NCBI GenBank assembly: GCA_034414575.1
Contig: DAOULZ010000011.1
Span: forward strand, 14,318 to 78,317
Origin: Dehalococcoidales bacterium
Lineage (GTDB): Bacteria; Chloroflexota; Dehalococcoidia; Dehalococcoidales; UBA5760
Direction of reading: 5' to 3'
Length of the DNA stretch: 64,000 nucleotides
In this document: piece by piece, positions 62,443 to 64,000 of the stretch
Position numbering within the stretch: position 1 is the stretch's first letter
Layout of the letters: each line of letters opens with the position of its first letter
Program-made: the position numbers and the translations under genes
The notes under the pieces: model-generated
Database searches by the model: none
The model's input: only the letters and a program-made list of their open reading frames with translations
What the model was told of the DNA's origin: nothing

Positions 62443-63789
62443 GTGAACACATCACCGAGGGCCACAAAAAGCCGGTCAGCATATGGTAGTCAAGCAAAAA
62501 CAGCCAGTGAAACACACGGCGAGGGTGTCGCCGAAGAGGAACCTCCTGGCAAAACTGACACCTTCAGTAGTTTTGACGAAGAACCCCCGGGTAGAAGCGC
62601 CGCCAAACGATATAGGCTTTTCGGTCACGTACCGGATAACGCCTGGAACGATTGGAGGTGGCATTTTCGTAACCGCATCACCACGATTGATGAACTGGCA
62701 AACTTTATCCCGCTATCAAGCGAAGAGCGGGCGCAGCTCAAGCTGGTAACCGTGAAGTATCCCCTTTCCATTACTCCCTATTACCTTTCGCTGATAGACC
62801 TGAACGACCCCGACGACCCGATTAGAAAACAGGCGATTCCCTCCATCCTGGAGATAACGATGGGTATGATGGGCCGGGAAGACCCCCTCGATGAAAAGGG
62901 AGACACGGTCGTTCCCGGACTGGTTCACCGCTATCCTGACCGGGTCTTAATGGTACTTACCGATATCTGCCCCATGTTCTGTCGTCACTGCACTCGCAAG
63001 CGGGAATGGCAAAGTGGCGGTTGGGTGCGGACTCCAGCCGAGATTAGAGCCATGCTTGATTATATTCGGCAGCACAAAGCCATCAGGGATGTCATCATCT
63101 CCGGCGGCGACCCGCTGACGCTCTCTACGCCCCGGCTGGAGGGGGTCATCTCCCGAATTAGGGCTATAAAGCATGTTGAAATCATCCGTATCGGTACCAG
63201 GTTTCCGGTGGTATTGCCACAGCGTATTGACCACGAACTGTGCCGCATGCTGTCGCGATACAGCCCGATATGGCTTAACACGCACTTTAACCACCACCAC
63301 GAGATTACCCCGGAAACCGCCGCCGCCTGCGACCGTTTGCTCCGCAGCGGGGTTCCGGTTAACAACCAGTCGGTGCTCCTGCGTGGGGTGAACGACAGCG
63401 TTACCGAGCAGATGAGGTTGTGCCATGGGCTGCTCAGGATTAAGGTGCGCCCCTACTACCTGTTCCAGTGTGATGAGGTACAGGGCACCGAGCACCTGCG
63501 TACTACGGTGGAGGTTGGGCTCAACATCATCGAGGGGATGCGCGGACACACCTCGGGGCTGGCGGTGCCCACCTTCGTTGTTGACCTGCCTCAAGGGGGC
63601 GGTAAGGTGTCCCTGCAACCGGACTACGTTGTCGCCAAGAAGAGGGGAGAACTTATGCTCCGGAACTACGAGGGCCGACTCTTTCGCTGTCGGAATCCGA
63701 AGGTGTCGGCAGACCTAGAGCCGATACCGGAACCACTGAGGAACCTGGATAATTCCGACGCCGGGTTACTGGTAGAAACAGGAGTCTAA
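62443..63789 (+). CDS. kamA: lysine 2,3-aminomutase family radical SAM enzyme (KamA/AblA-like) with a ~60-aa low-complexity N-terminal extension
   Basis: Radical SAM CPMFCRHCTRK, WNDWRWHFRNRI, ISGGDPL and HFNHHHEIT; 448 aa; GTG start. Confidence 0.85.
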   Translation: MNTSPRATKSRSAYGSQAKTASETHGEGVAEEEPPGKTDTFSSFDEEPPGRSAAKRYRLFGHVPDNAWNDWRWHFRNRITTIDELANFIPLSSEERAQLKLVTVKYPLSITPYYLSLIDLNDPDDPIRKQAIPSILEITMGMMGREDPLDEKGDTVVPGLVHRYPDRVLMVLTDICPMFCRHCTRKREWQSGGWVRTPAEIRAMLDYIRQHKAIRDVIISGGDPLTLSTPRLEGVISRIRAIKHVEIIRIGTRFPVVLPQRIDHELCRMLSRYSPIWLNTHFNHHHEITPETAAACDRLLRSGVPVNNQSVLLRGVNDSVTEQMRLCHGLLRIKVRPYYLFQCDEVQGTEHLRTTVEVGLNIIEGMRGHTSGLAVPTFVVDLPQGGGKVSLQPDYVVAKKRGELMLRNYEGRLFRCRNPKVSADLEPIPEPLRNLDNSDAGLLVETGV

Positions 63790-63804
63790 TATAAGGAGTA
63801 AGCG

Positions 63805-64000
63805 ATGCACATCGGTCTAACCTATGACCTTAAAGAGGCGATTAGTCCGGAAATAAACAGCCCTGAGGATGCCCTGGAAGAGTACGACTCCAGCGAAACA
63901 GTCGAGCTTATTGCTACAGCGCTTGAGTCGGCCGGGCATTCGGTGGTCAGGCTGGGTGGGGGAGCAGAGTTTCTGGTTAACATCCTGCGGGAAAGGGTTG
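63805..64000 (+). CDS. D-alanine--D-alanine ligase-like ATP-grasp protein; partial, runs off the right edge
   Basis: AAGGAG lies 8 nt upstream of ATG at 63805. MHIGLTYDLKEAI...EEYDSSETVELIATALESAGHSVVRLGG resembles the N-terminal domain of Ddl-family ATP-grasp enzymes. Confidence 0.55.
   Translation, partial: MHIGLTYDLKEAISPEINSPEDALEEYDSSETVELIATALESAGHSVVRLGGGAEFLVNILRERV

Noticed and set aside
1-64000. Looked for CRISPR arrays, tRNA/rRNA genes, IS elements, integrases, reverse transcriptases and toxin-antitoxin pairs.
   Set aside because: I saw no short regularly spaced repeats, no cloverleaf-like tRNA ends (GGTTCGAATCC-type T-arms), and no transposase, integrase or RT motifs in any ORF. 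The lone XRE gene has no adjacent toxin-sized partner.

Overview
This is a 64-kb bacterial window with Shine-Dalgarno sites, TTGACA/TATAAT-type promoters and many ATGA/GTGA start-stop overlaps. Gene content and surface proteins anchored by a C-terminal TM helix suggest a Chloroflexota/Dehalococcoidia-like organism; that placement is inference only. Layout: (1) 1-4.3 kb, - strand: a NuoF-GltD fusion gene that runs off the left edge and is absent from the ORF track, then nuoE, then a tandem-repeat Cys-rich protein. (2) 4.8-9.1 kb: a decayed or rearranged patch with an aldehyde:ferredoxin oxidoreductase C-terminal remnant, a methyltransferase-like ORF, a DegV fragment and two full DegV paralogs. 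(3) 9.3-14.7 kb: a LIV-type ABC importer plus a methyltransferase. (4) 14.7-15.5 kb: an unexplained 770-bp gap. (5) 16.1-47.5 kb: a ~30-kb glycan island. It holds 9 glycosyltransferases, 4 SDR epimerases/dehydratases, a sugar dehydrogenase, a 2-epimerase, a WbpB/WbpE-like oxidoreductase/aminotransferase pair, a WbpG-like amidotransferase, AsnB, GNAT, two ATP-grasp ligases, a small HAD phosphatase, a methyltransferase, a Wzx flippase and archaeal-type membrane proteins. Homologous bidirectional promoter modules sit at both ends of the island. (6) 47.5-50.2 kb: an AT-rich orphan gene and a PKD surface protein. (7) 50.4-64 kb: a stress neighbourhood with tandem-USP, an MFS transporter with a long tail, USP, a frameshifted six-domain surface protein, Hsp20, two paralogous Ala-rich helical proteins, a lipoprotein, and lysine 2,3-aminomutase followed by an ATP-grasp gene. 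Inside region 7, two ~420-bp direct repeats 7.55 kb apart each carry a small wHTH regulator and a face-to-face promoter pair around a palindromic operator. My best candidate for an undescribed system is this regulator-bracketed cassette built around the Ala/Glu/Arg/Lys-rich proteins, one of which is tail-anchored. The second candidate is the amide-ligation sugar-modification cassette at 33.7-39.6 kb. I recognised no rRNA, tRNA, CRISPR array, transposase or integrase. All family calls come from motif recognition by eye; no database search was run.
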